A stretch of DNA of 64,000 bases from an uncultured Clostridia bacterium (GTDB taxonomy: Bacteria > Bacillota > Clostridia > TANB77 > CAG-508): the NCBI GenBank assembly GCA_944387495.1, contig CALXFD010000004.1, positions 6,798 to 70,797 on the forward strand, given 5' to 3'. The notes under the pieces are model-generated. The model did no database searches, was not told the origin of the DNA, and saw only the letters and a list, made by a program, of their open reading frames with translations. The translations under genes were made by a program, and so were the position numbers. Below are positions 9,753 through 19,062 of this stretch, in pieces; positions within the stretch are counted from its first letter, which is position 1, and every line of letters starts with the position of its first letter.

Positions 9753-10115
9753 CCATAAACCATGTTTATTACAATAAGCATATAAACAAGAACCTTTAAT
9801 ATATGGGAAACGACACTCAGCATTTTGCTCAGGATATAATTTAACCATATATTCTTTATTATCTGCAACCAAGCAAATCCATTCAATAAAATGTTCTTTT
9901 TCCATCACATGATTTACTTTTACAAAAATTTCATCTTCAACTTTTTCATAAGTTGGAACATGTTTTTCAACAGCAGCATCTACTGAATTAGGAACTAATT
10001 TTTCCATAGGTTCTCCACAGCAAATAATGCCACATCCATTACAATTACAATCTTCAATAACTTTTACTAATGCACCACATGATTTACATTTTTTTACTAT
10101 TAATTCATTTTTCAT
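9735..10115 (-). CDS. dfx: desulfoferrodoxin (2Fe superoxide reductase)
   Basis: N-terminal desulforedoxin Cys motif CKSCG..ICCGEPM, EKHVP, and centre II motif CNKHGLW. Confidence 0.85.
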   Translation of the reverse strand: MKNELIVKKCKSCGALVKVIEDCNCNGCGIICCGEPMEKLVPNSVDAAVEKHVPTYEKVEDEIFVKVNHVMEKEHFIEWICLVADNKEYMVKLYPEQNAECRFPYIKGSCLYAYCNKHGLWKKEVE

Positions 10116-10667
10116 GAAAATACCTCCTTAAATAAATTAAAAAATTATAATTTTTTTATATAGTAATATATAAGATTAATAAAAATATTAAGTATATACG
10201 ATTTTTGGAAATCAATATATATATAATTTACTATATAAATAGAGAATATTATAAAATATTATTCGAAAATAGTATATCATATAAAAGTAAAAAGATAAAT
10301 AGAAGTTTTTATAAAATATAAAAAGACGGACTACAAAAAGTTTAAGAATTTTTTGACAGAATAACAAATATGTGCTATTATATAGCTACATAAGTAATGT
10401 ACGCTCGGTCTGATTGTGTCATCTCATTTACCCCCTTTCCATCTTTATGGAAAAGACCGCCTTTTGACATTAAAAGGTTGACAATATTTTACAATATTTT
10501 TTTATTCCTTTAATATTCCTCCTATTTTAAATTTTATAATAACTAAAATAGGTTTTATTAGCTCGTATCAAAATATTTATACCTTTGCATTACCTCCATC
10601 AACTGAAATGTTATTTAGCAAACCTGTTTATTGACTTCAAAAATAATATTATACTTTCTATATTTTG

Positions 10668-10705
10668 ACAAACAAAAAACAAGGTATATTTCAACCTTGT
10701 TTTCT
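10668..10705 (-). terminator. rho-independent terminator downstream of the tRNA
   Basis: aacaaggt / accttgtt stem; on the minus strand it is followed by tttttgtttg. Confidence 0.6.
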
Positions 10706-10766
10706 TATTGTTATGCATAAAATGAACTCAGCTTAAAAATAAGTAAAAGTTCTTTTATGTCCGTTT

Positions 10767-10842
<76 letters not shown>

Positions 10843-10960
10843 ATATATCTGTTCAACAAAATTATTATACCACCATGGTAGTCAAAAGTCAATAGTTAAT
10901 CAAGAAAAAATATGGAAAAAATTTACTGCACACAAAATATGATAATTTAAAACAAAATAC

Positions 10961-10990
10961 TTGTAGAAAACAGCAAATTTGCTATATAAT
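10961..10990 (+). promoter_or_regulatory. sigma-A-type promoter for the methyltransferase transcript
   Basis: TTGTAG (10961-10966), 18-nt spacer, TATAAT (10985-10990); predicted transcription start falls at the start of leader motif copy B. Confidence 0.45.
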
Positions 10991-10996
10991 ATAAAA

Positions 10997-11030
10997 AGGT
11001 TTATAGGTAAAACCATTAAAAACCTAAATA
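10997..11030 (+). promoter_or_regulatory. leader motif copy B (same hairpin/A-tail element as 6584-6620)
   Basis: AGGTTTATAGGTAAAACC identical to copy A; same pairing options; homology continues to the start codon. Confidence 0.4.
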
Positions 11031-11074
11031 GGACACGAAGGAGATAAGATATATAAAAATATATCAAAAATAAA

Positions 11075-13177
11075 ATGCAAGTAAAAAATAGAGGACAAGT
11101 AATCACACCAAAAAATATAATCAAAGATATATTAGAATTATCAGACTATAAAGGCGAAAAAATACTAAAAAAACACGTAATGGAAAATAGTTGTGCAAAC
11201 GGAGCCTTTTTAGTAGAAATAGTAAAAAGATATATAAATGCATACAAGAGAAAAAACAAAACATTAAAAGGAATAGAAGAAGAATTAAGCACATATATAC
11301 ATGGAATAGAAATAGATAAAGAACTACACAAAGAATGTATAAAAGAACTAAATAATTTAGCGAAAGAGCAAAAAATAGGAGAAGTAAACTGGGATATCAT
11401 AAATGGAAATTCATTAAAAATAGATAAATATAACAATGAAATGGATTATGTCATAGGAAACCCACCATATGTAAGAACACATAATTTAGAAGACCAATAT
11501 CAAAATGTAAAAAACTCAATTTTTTGTACAAATGGAATGATAGACTTATACATAATATTTTTTGAAGTAGGGCTAAAAATGCTAAAAAACTCAGGAACAT
11601 TATGTTATATAACACCAAATTCATTTTATACAAGTGTAGCAGGAACAGAACTAAGAAACTATATAAAAACAGAGCAATGCCTAGAAACAATAATGGATCT
11701 AGGGCATTATCAACCATTTAAAGAAACCACATATACAACAATCACCAAAATACAAAAAGGAATAAAATTTAAGCACTGCAAATACTACAAATATAGCCAA
11801 GAAAGCGAAAGACCAATATATAAAAACATAATAAATTACAGTAAATTATTCATAGACGGCAGAATATATTTAGAAACAAATAAAAAGGGAAGTGCAGAAG
11901 TTTTGCAATATAACTCAAAAAGTCTAAAAACAAGAGTAAAAAATGGTTTTGCAACATTATCAGACAAAATCTTTATACAAAATGATTTTCCATTTGTAGA
12001 AAATACAATAGATGTAATAAAATCGTCAACAGGAAAATGGGCAAAATGTATATATCCATATGACGAAAATGGAAAAATAATACCATTTGAAAACCTCAAC
12101 CAAGATGTACAAGAATATCTAATGAATAATAAAGAAAAGCTAGAAAAAAGAAGTATAGACGAGAATACACCATGGTATGCATTTGGAAGAACACAAGCAA
12201 TAAATGACGTACAAAAACAAAAAATAAGTATAAACACAACAATAAAAGATATAGAATCAATAAAACTAAACCTAATAGAACCAGGACAAGGAGTATATAG
12301 TGGATTATACATATTAACAGACAAGCCATATGAATATATAGAAAAAATAATAAAAACAAAAAGATTTATAAAATATATAGAAGGGCTAAATAAATGTAAA
12401 AATGCTGGATACTATACATTTTCATCAAAAGATTTAGAAAAATATATAAATTATCACACGGAGGTGATGAATATGGACAATAACAAGTTTCTGAACATCA
12501 TAAGAGAATCATTTGAAAAATACTTAGAAACAAGTTCAAGAAGCAATGAAAAATTAAAAATACTACATGGAGAAATAGCAAAAGACTTAGCAGATAGATT
12601 AGGAGATGGATACAAAGTAAATTCATTAAACACAAAGGGGGGAAAAGAAAAAAATATTCAAGGAGAATATATGGTAAAAAAAGTAGACATTACAATATCA
12701 AAAAAAGAAAAAGACATAGCAGGAATAGCTCTAAAATTCATAATGAGCAACTACTGGCAAAATTCCAACAACTATTTTGAAAACATGCTAGGAGAAACAG
12801 CAAACATAAGAAGAGCAGGAAAACCATATTATCAAATCTTAGTACTACCAAGCAAACTACCATATTTTAACAAAAGTGGGGAAATAAAAAAATATGAAGA
12901 AATAAATCAGGACAGATTAGAAAAATATATAAAATTATCTAAGGAAGATATAAAACAAAATTTATACTGTCCAAATAAAATGCTAATTTACATAGTAGAT
13001 ATACCAATCCCAGGAGAAGATTGCAAGCAAAGAAAAGATTATATAGAGTTTTACCAAAATTTAGATGAATTTCATATTACGAAAAATAATGAAGAGTATG
13101 AATTTGGGGATATGGTGGTTTATAATGATTATGAGAGATTTATAAGTGAGATATGTGATGAAGTGGAAAATAATTAG
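11075..13177 (+). CDS. fused gamma-class N6-adenine DNA methyltransferase plus C-terminal putative restriction endonuclease domain
   Basis: Motif I ENSCANGAFL, motif IV GNPPYV, TaqI/Eco57I-like layout; residues ~465-700 form a separate domain preceded in frame by GGAGGTG-ATG (12460-12469). Confidence 0.7.
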   Translation: MQVKNRGQVITPKNIIKDILELSDYKGEKILKKHVMENSCANGAFLVEIVKRYINAYKRKNKTLKGIEEELSTYIHGIEIDKELHKECIKELNNLAKEQKIGEVNWDIINGNSLKIDKYNNEMDYVIGNPPYVRTHNLEDQYQNVKNSIFCTNGMIDLYIIFFEVGLKMLKNSGTLCYITPNSFYTSVAGTELRNYIKTEQCLETIMDLGHYQPFKETTYTTITKIQKGIKFKHCKYYKYSQESERPIYKNIINYSKLFIDGRIYLETNKKGSAEVLQYNSKSLKTRVKNGFATLSDKIFIQNDFPFVENTIDVIKSSTGKWAKCIYPYDENGKIIPFENLNQDVQEYLMNNKEKLEKRSIDENTPWYAFGRTQAINDVQKQKISINTTIKDIESIKLNLIEPGQGVYSGLYILTDKPYEYIEKIIKTKRFIKYIEGLNKCKNAGYYTFSSKDLEKYINYHTEVMNMDNNKFLNIIRESFEKYLETSSRSNEKLKILHGEIAKDLADRLGDGYKVNSLNTKGGKEKNIQGEYMVKKVDITISKKEKDIAGIALKFIMSNYWQNSNNYFENMLGETANIRRAGKPYYQILVLPSKLPYFNKSGEIKKYEEINQDRLEKYIKLSKEDIKQNLYCPNKMLIYIVDIPIPGEDCKQRKDYIEFYQNLDEFHITKNNEEYEFGDMVVYNDYERFISEICDEVENN

Positions 13178-13415
13178 AAATGGAAGAATTCACAAACTGA
13201 CAATTGAAATAAAATTTAATAAAAAAATGGAAATAAAAAGCTTCTATCGATACATGGTAGGAGCTTTTTTTATAAAATCTTAACATTAAAAAATATTGAG
13301 TATGTATAATAAGCAAATAAATTAAAGATAGTTAAAAATGACACCAGGGCATAAAAACTTATTTTGCTTTTAAATTCATTAATATATATCTATTTTAACA
13401 TATTTATTTTTTTAT

Positions 13416-13817
13416 TCATAAATACATACCCGTAATTTTTTCTGGGTTATATTTAAAACCAGCTTTTTGATAAAAAGATTCATTTCCAGCTGTTGGAGTA
13501 AGTTCAATTTGCATTTTTTCACCTTCATGAACATTAGAAGAAATTAAATTTTTTAATTCTTCAACAATTTTTAAACCAATACCGTGTTTCTGAAATTCAG
13601 GTTTTACACAAATATCAGTTAACATGCAAACAATGCTATAATCTCCTACAACTCTGCCAATTCCAGCTAATTTACCATCAACAGTTGCTTTTACCATATA
13701 CATAGTATTTGCCAAAGCATTATCAATTTGCTTTTTAGAATAAGTTTTCCAACCAACGGATTCTACCATTTCTAAAAATTCATCAGATGTTATGTTATAA
13801 TCAAATTTTATGTCCAT
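13416..13817 (-). CDS. GNAT-family N-acetyltransferase
   Basis: Motif A ICVKPEFQKHGIGLKIVEEL; typical 133-aa size; RBS AGGAGGA. Confidence 0.8.
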   Translation of the reverse strand: MDIKFDYNITSDEFLEMVESVGWKTYSKKQIDNALANTMYMVKATVDGKLAGIGRVVGDYSIVCMLTDICVKPEFQKHGIGLKIVEELKNLISSNVHEGEKMQIELTPTAGNESFYQKAGFKYNPEKITGMYL

Positions 13818-14191
13818 AACCAGTCCTCCTATTTAAAATAAATTTTATAGTTTATTGTAATTAAATTTTATTAACATTATTTAGTATAGTGGCTTAATTG
13901 TTTATTAGATGTTGTATTGGGATAAATAATATAAGATAATTTAAATATATTATAGAATAATAATTTAATTATTAAAAGGTTAATAAGAAAAAATATTAAA
14001 TATGCAAAAATATATGTAAAATTAAAAAAATAAGTATAAAAGTATATTACAAAAATATATTTGAAATATTTATACAACAAAAAGCAATAGTAAAAGCTAA
14101 AATTTATATTATTGTCGAATTTTATAATCATTTTACAAATTTCGACAAAAAATGCAACAATAAATTGATATTATAATTTAGGGGGAGATAA

Positions 14192-14935
14192 ATGAAAAAA
14201 AGTAAAAGAAAAATAATATCAATTTTATTAGTTGTAATAAGTATAATTTCAATAGGAATTAACGCATACGCACATTCAGGCAGAACAGATGCAAATGGAG
14301 GGCATAGAGACAATAAAAACAAAAGTGGATTAGGAAGTTACCATTATCATTGCGGAGGTAATCCAGCCCACTTGCATACTAATGGAGTATGTCCATACTC
14401 ATCAAGTAAAAGTAGTACATCAAGTTCTTCGTCATCAAGTAAAAGTACAAGCACTAGCACAAATACAAGTACAAAAGCAAAAACAGAGCCAAAGAGTACA
14501 GTGCCTGCAACAATCGATGTAACAGGAATACAAATAAATGAAAATGTAGAAAGCTTAAAAATAGGAGAAACAAAAATATTGACAGCAGTGATAACACCTG
14601 ATAATGCAACAAATAAAGAAATTACATGGAAATCAAGTGATGATAGCATAGCAACAATTAGTGCAACAGGAGAGATTAATCCAAAGAAGGCGGGAATTGT
14701 GTATATAACAGCAAGTAGTTCTAATGGAAAAACTGATAGTATAAAGATAGAGATTAAAGAAGAGGAAAAAATGGAAAATGTTAATATAACAAAAACATCA
14801 GCAGTTGAGGGAAATACGGCTAGTAATAATATTTCGACAAATGATGGAGAAGATTCGAATCCGTTAGGAGGGCTTGCTACATTAGGAATATTAGGTGGTT
14901 TAGGATATTGGGGGTATGGAAAGTTTAGAAAGTAA
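14192..14935 (+). CDS. secreted YHYH-motif protein with Big_2 Ig-like domain and C-terminal hydrophobic anchor
   Basis: Signal peptide; GGHRDNKNKSGLGSYHYHCGG; S/T linker; Big_2-like ITWKSSDDSIATISATGEINPKKAGIVYITA; C-terminal TM plus KFRK. Confidence 0.7.
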   Translation: MKKSKRKIISILLVVISIISIGINAYAHSGRTDANGGHRDNKNKSGLGSYHYHCGGNPAHLHTNGVCPYSSSKSSTSSSSSSSKSTSTSTNTSTKAKTEPKSTVPATIDVTGIQINENVESLKIGETKILTAVITPDNATNKEITWKSSDDSIATISATGEINPKKAGIVYITASSSNGKTDSIKIEIKEEEKMENVNITKTSAVEGNTASNNISTNDGEDSNPLGGLATLGILGGLGYWGYGKFRK

Positions 14936-14991
14936 ATGTAACGAAAGGGGATAAGCATAAAATAGATTATGAAATAGAATAAAAATTAGTA

Positions 14992-15008
14992 CTCATAACC
15001 CGAAGGTC
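14992..15008 (+). repeat. att core, left copy
   Basis: CTCATAACCCGAAGGTC, identical to 35706-35722. Confidence 0.8.
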
Positions 15009-15036
15009 GTAAGTTCGAGTCTTACCCCCGCAACCA
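14992..15036 (+). pseudogene. orphan 3' half of an initiator tRNA-Met (anticodon loop to CCA), no 5' half
   Basis: 42/45 identity to the reverse complement of 10767-10811; two of the three differences are compensatory in the T stem (gcaag/cttgc to gtaag/cttac); followed by hairpin atcacta..tagtgat plus T-run. Confidence 0.8.
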
Positions 15037-15130
15037 AAGTATGTATCACTAGAACTGTAAAGGTTTTAGTGATTTTTTATTGCTTAAAAATTGGTTGCAA
15101 TAATGCTTGAAAATGGCATTATTATGTCAA

Positions 15131-15153
15131 ATTGGGTAAAAATTGGGTAAAAT
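15131..15153 (+). repeat. arm-type repeat (left), candidate Int/Xis binding site
   Basis: ATTGGGTAAAAATTGGGTAAAAT identical to 35565-35587; both followed by CTCAAA..ATGCCC. Confidence 0.6.
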
Positions 15154-15292
15154 AACCACCTCAAATGCCCGAAATTCTAATAAAAATTCAATAAAAAATT
15201 TGCTAAAAATTTATAATTTTTATAAAAATCTACAAGTAAAAAACTTTTGGGAAAGAGATATAAAATCTCAAAGTTTTTTACTTTTTATATCG

Positions 15293-15319
15293 TGAAAATT
15301 TGTAATTTGTGAAAATTAG
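15293..15319 (-). repeat. inverted sub-terminal repeat (left)
   Basis: Reverse complement CTAATTTTCACAAATTACAAA matches 35668-35689 with one indel. Confidence 0.5.
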
Positions 15320-15331
15320 AAAAAAGTAAAA

Positions 15332-16525
15332 TTAAGACCTTGTTGGTAATAGTAAGTTTTCTAGTGCATATCCAGCTTTTCTATTATGAGAAAGTAGTGG
15401 ATGTACATAAAAGTCAAGTGTTGTACTTATTTGCGCATGACCAAGTCTTGCTGAAACAACAGCTATATCAACATTTTGTGCAACTAGTAAACTTGCATTT
15501 GTATGTCTTAATCCGTGAAAATTAATTACAGGTAGTCCTATTGTACCTACATATTTAACAAACCATTTACTTATAGAAGAAGGATGCATAGGTTTGCCAT
15601 CAGCTTGTACAAATAACCTATCAGAATTCGTCCATAATTCGCCATATAGCGATTTTTGATCTTCATACCATAACTTATATTCCTCAAGCAAAGAAATGAT
15701 AAATTCGGGTATTGCAATCTCTCTAATGGAGCTTTCTGTTTTAGGAACTTTTGTAAATACTCCCATATCTGATAGATACTGACTAGAACGGTTAATACTT
15801 ATAATTCCATTTCTAAAATCAACATCTTGCCATTCTAATCCCATTAATTCACCTAAACGAACACCAGTAAAGATAGTAAGAATGATAGCAACTTTGTATT
15901 TAGTATCTTCTATTGTAAGTTTTTCTAAGTTTTCTAACAATATTTTAGTTTGCTCATCATCATAAGATCTTCTTTTAGGTTTTTTAGCTCTAGGTGGTTG
16001 AACACGTTCAGCAGGATTGCTTACAATTAATTGCCAGTAAACTGCTCTATGAAGCATTGCTCTTAATAGTCTGTGATGTTCTAAAATAGTTTTACCAGAT
16101 AAAGGCTTTTTAGTTTTTGAACCATTGTTACCTTTTTTTCTAACTAATTGAGTATCTCTTTCAAGTAAGTCATAGAATTTCATAATATCAGTTGGTCTTA
16201 TTTTGTTAATATAGAAATGTCCGAAATATGGTAAAATTCTTGTTTCTAACATTCTACAATATCGTTTGTATGTTGTAGGAGCTAGTTCTTTTGAACCATA
16301 ATCTCTTTTCCATAATTCAACAAATTCAGAAAATTTAAGAGATTTACCATCTATGACTAAACAGTTTTGTACTTCAGTAACAAATTTTGCTAGTTCAACT
16401 TCTGCTTCTTTTTTAGTTCCATGAATAGTTTTTCTGTGTATCATGGGCCTTCCACTTAGGTCAAATCCTTCTGATACTGTTAACCTGTAACTATTTTTTC
16501 CTCTTTTTTCTATACTCCCAGCCAT
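15332..16525 (-). CDS. int: phage-type tyrosine integrase
   Basis: Catalytic signature FTGVRLGEL .. HGLRHTNASLL .. LGHAQISTTLDFYVH (R-HxxR-Y); N-terminal SAM-like core-binding domain; adjacent to att. Confidence 0.9.
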   Translation of the reverse strand: MAGSIEKRGKNSYRLTVSEGFDLSGRPMIHRKTIHGTKKEAEVELAKFVTEVQNCLVIDGKSLKFSEFVELWKRDYGSKELAPTTYKRYCRMLETRILPYFGHFYINKIRPTDIMKFYDLLERDTQLVRKKGNNGSKTKKPLSGKTILEHHRLLRAMLHRAVYWQLIVSNPAERVQPPRAKKPKRRSYDDEQTKILLENLEKLTIEDTKYKVAIILTIFTGVRLGELMGLEWQDVDFRNGIISINRSSQYLSDMGVFTKVPKTESSIREIAIPEFIISLLEEYKLWYEDQKSLYGELWTNSDRLFVQADGKPMHPSSISKWFVKYVGTIGLPVINFHGLRHTNASLLVAQNVDIAVVSARLGHAQISTTLDFYVHPLLSHNRKAGYALENLLLPTRS

Positions 16526-16806
16526 TACTTATTTCACCTCCTTTCAAGTATAACTATGGAAGGGAGAGTATTTATGTGTATTATATAGTATTTTTTGATA
16601 AATTACCAGCTATTTTTGCTTATTTTTAGCTACTTTCAAAGATTACAATAAAATTCATAAAAGAATATATGAAAAACATAAAGGAACTAAAAGAAATGTA
16701 ATAAAAAATTAATAAGATATGGTAAAATCATAATTTTTATGATAGAATACAAGACAAATGCACTAAAGAACAAAATAAAAAATAATGCTTAGCGTAAGGG
16801 ATAGAA

Positions 16807-18093
16807 ATGAATAAGAAAAGAAAGAATAGAATTAGAAAATTTGGAATAAATAAAACAAATAAAATAATGAGACAAAGGCATCGAGAAAAGTACCACCATA
16901 TAAAGGGGGTTAAAACTGGAAAAAATGCGAAGAAAAGATATATTCCTAATAAAGTTGTTAAATTATTAGATTTAAAAAAGTTTTATCATAAAATAGAAAG
17001 AAATAAAAATACTGTTATTATAGAAATTCCACTTAGATTTTCCTTAATTACAAATCCAGAAGAATCGTTAAAAACTTTAAAGAAAATATTTACAGCTATA
17101 CATGATGAAAAAGTACAAGAATTATTTTTGGATTATTCAAAATGTGAAGAATTGGGCTTATGTGCTTCTTCAGTAACAGATATAATTATACTTAATGGTT
17201 ATAAATATAGAAGAATATTAAATAAGCCTTTAAATACAAGAGGAAATGTTCCAAAATCCAATGAAGCCAAAGAAATTTTTATAATAAGTGGATTAGTAAA
17301 GCATTTAGGAATTTCAAAAATAGAAAATATAAATACTGTTAGATTAGATATAATACAGAATCAGGAACAATCAAAAATGACAGATGAAATTATTCAATAC
17401 TATGATAAATGTTTAAATACCCAAAATTATCAACTGACGGTACAAGGAAAAAGTAAATTTGCACATATGATAGGTGAAGTTTTAGATAATGTAAGTCAAC
17501 ATGCAGGTGAATTAGCCACTTGGTATGCATCGGGTCACTTTAACATAGATAAAGATAGAAAAGATGGCAAATGTAGATTAGTATTATTTGATTTTGGAGA
17601 TAGTATTTATGAAGGATTAAATAGAGAAGATACTACAGAATATACAAAAAAACTATTAAAAAATAAAACAAAAGAGCATTATAATATATTTAACAAAAAA
17701 TGGAACGAAGAACCTTTATGGATGCTATATGTTTTACAATATAATGTTAGTAGAAAAAGAGTAGATGTGAATGATGATAGAGGAAAAGGAACTATAAAAT
17801 TAATAAATAATTTTATGCATATTGGAAAAAATATGGAGGGCAATAATCCGATAATGGCAATAATAAGTGGAAATGGTTATATTTTATTTGATTCAACATA
17901 TACATTAAAAGAAGAAATAGTGAATGGCAAAAAAATACCGATAATAGCATTTAATGAGGAAAATGACTTATCTAAAAAACCAGATAGTAAATATGTAAAA
18001 AGGATAGATGAAAATTTTCCTGGAACTATGATAAGTATGGAATTTTATTTAGATAAAGAATATATAGAAAAGCAGATGGAGGTAAGAATATGA
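16807..18093 (+). CDS. GHKL (SpoIIAB/RsbW-like) ATPase-fold protein with uncharacterised K-rich N-terminal half
   Basis: N box EVLDNVSQHAG, G1-like LFDFGDSIY, G2-like DDRGKGTIKLI in the order expected for anti-sigma-type serine kinases/ATPases. Confidence 0.55.
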   Translation: MNKKRKNRIRKFGINKTNKIMRQRHREKYHHIKGVKTGKNAKKRYIPNKVVKLLDLKKFYHKIERNKNTVIIEIPLRFSLITNPEESLKTLKKIFTAIHDEKVQELFLDYSKCEELGLCASSVTDIIILNGYKYRRILNKPLNTRGNVPKSNEAKEIFIISGLVKHLGISKIENINTVRLDIIQNQEQSKMTDEIIQYYDKCLNTQNYQLTVQGKSKFAHMIGEVLDNVSQHAGELATWYASGHFNIDKDRKDGKCRLVLFDFGDSIYEGLNREDTTEYTKKLLKNKTKEHYNIFNKKWNEEPLWMLYVLQYNVSRKRVDVNDDRGKGTIKLINNFMHIGKNMEGNNPIMAIISGNGYILFDSTYTLKEEIVNGKKIPIIAFNEENDLSKKPDSKYVKRIDENFPGTMISMEFYLDKEYIEKQMEVRI

Positions 18094-18404
18094 AAAACAT
18101 AGATTTAAGTAAGTTAACACAAAATATAAAGGTTATTTCGGGTAGAGATAGAGGAATGGAGCTTAGAGAAAAACTTAAAATAGATGAAAAAGATATAGAT
18201 GAAGAGATTTATGAATTTGAAATAGCACAAGATGTGTATTCTTTTAATTCTTCGTGCTTTTTGGGCTTGTTTAGTGATAGCATAAAAAAATTAGGAGAGA
18301 AAAAATTTAGAGAAAAATACCAATTTAAATGTAGTGAATTAATAAGAATGAATATTGAAGATGGCATAAGAGATGCGGTAAATAAAGCTAATCCATTGGG
18401 GTGA
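18090..18404 (+). CDS. STAS-like small protein (DUF4325-type)
   Basis: ATGA overlap with upstream gene; 104 aa; ISGRDRGMELREKL .. SFNSSCFLGLFSDSI resembles the STAS_2/DUF4325 pattern that pairs with GHKL ATPases. Confidence 0.5.
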   Translation: MKNIDLSKLTQNIKVISGRDRGMELREKLKIDEKDIDEEIYEFEIAQDVYSFNSSCFLGLFSDSIKKLGEKKFREKYQFKCSELIRMNIEDGIRDAVNKANPLG

Positions 18405-18410
18405 TAAAAA

Positions 18411-19022
18411 ATGATAAAGAAAATTTTTATAATTGGTATAATTATAATATTTATGTGTATTGGACAAGTGAATGCTACAAATGAAATTGGTGATAAAATA
18501 GTCATAGATACAACAAGTTGGACAGATGTTTTAGTAATGGCAATAAGTTTTATAAATTTGATATTTATAGTTGCTTTTTATATTAATGATCAAAAAAACA
18601 GAGAAAGTGATCAAAAAATAAATTATAAATTTTTTTGGTACAAAGATTATGTACTAAAAGATGCTATAAATATTATAGAAGAACATATTGATAATTGTAA
18701 AAATATATTAGAAGAATGCAAACGATATAAATTGTCTGGTCCTAATGTAGAAGAATATAGTAGATATTTACAAGAGACAACAATATGGAATTTTAATAAA
18801 TCAAATAATAATACAAAAACAAGATTATCCGAATTGTTGCAAACAATGGGAGGAGATTTATCAGAAGATATTATTGAAGAATTTAGGAATATTCAAGATT
18901 TATTTACTGAAAGAATTCAAAATGTAAATAGTGATATTGATAGTTTATATGGAGAAATAGTAGAAAAGAAACCAAATTTAATGAATACATTATATAAATA
19001 TGGATTAGATATAATAAAATAA
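18411..19022 (+). CDS. two-TM membrane protein with helical cytoplasmic C-domain, unknown function
   Basis: 6 nt after previous stop; hydrophobic IFIIGIIIIFMCIG and VLVMAISFINLIFIVAFYI; remainder charged and helical. Confidence 0.5.
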   Translation: MIKKIFIIGIIIIFMCIGQVNATNEIGDKIVIDTTSWTDVLVMAISFINLIFIVAFYINDQKNRESDQKINYKFFWYKDYVLKDAINIIEEHIDNCKNILEECKRYKLSGPNVEEYSRYLQETTIWNFNKSNNNTKTRLSELLQTMGGDLSEDIIEEFRNIQDLFTERIQNVNSDIDSLYGEIVEKKPNLMNTLYKYGLDIIK

Positions 19023-19051
19023 AGTCTATACAAAGTAAGTATAGACTTTTT
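19023..19051. terminator. bidirectional terminator
   Basis: agtctatac / gtatagact perfect stem plus ttttt. Confidence 0.65.
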
Positions 19052-19062
19052 AATTATATATT

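Noticed and set aside
10250-10766. ~500-bp non-coding stretch downstream of the tRNA, with a GC-richer patch (10390-10450) and a 14-codon ORF (MTQSDRAYITYVAI) on the minus strand behind a GGGGG RBS
   Set aside because: It may be the remnant of a degraded element or a leader peptide. I found no att copy, repeat partner or convincing structure, so this is too weak to report as a finding.
13877-14322. Two minus-strand ORFs (84 and 64 aa) in the AT-rich spacer upstream of the YHYH gene
   Set aside because: Extreme I/F/Y/N/K composition and no RBS; they overlap the promoter and signal-peptide region of the plus-strand gene.
14347-14958. 203-aa minus-strand ORF
   Set aside because: Antisense to the YHYH/Big_2 gene, which has recognisable domains.
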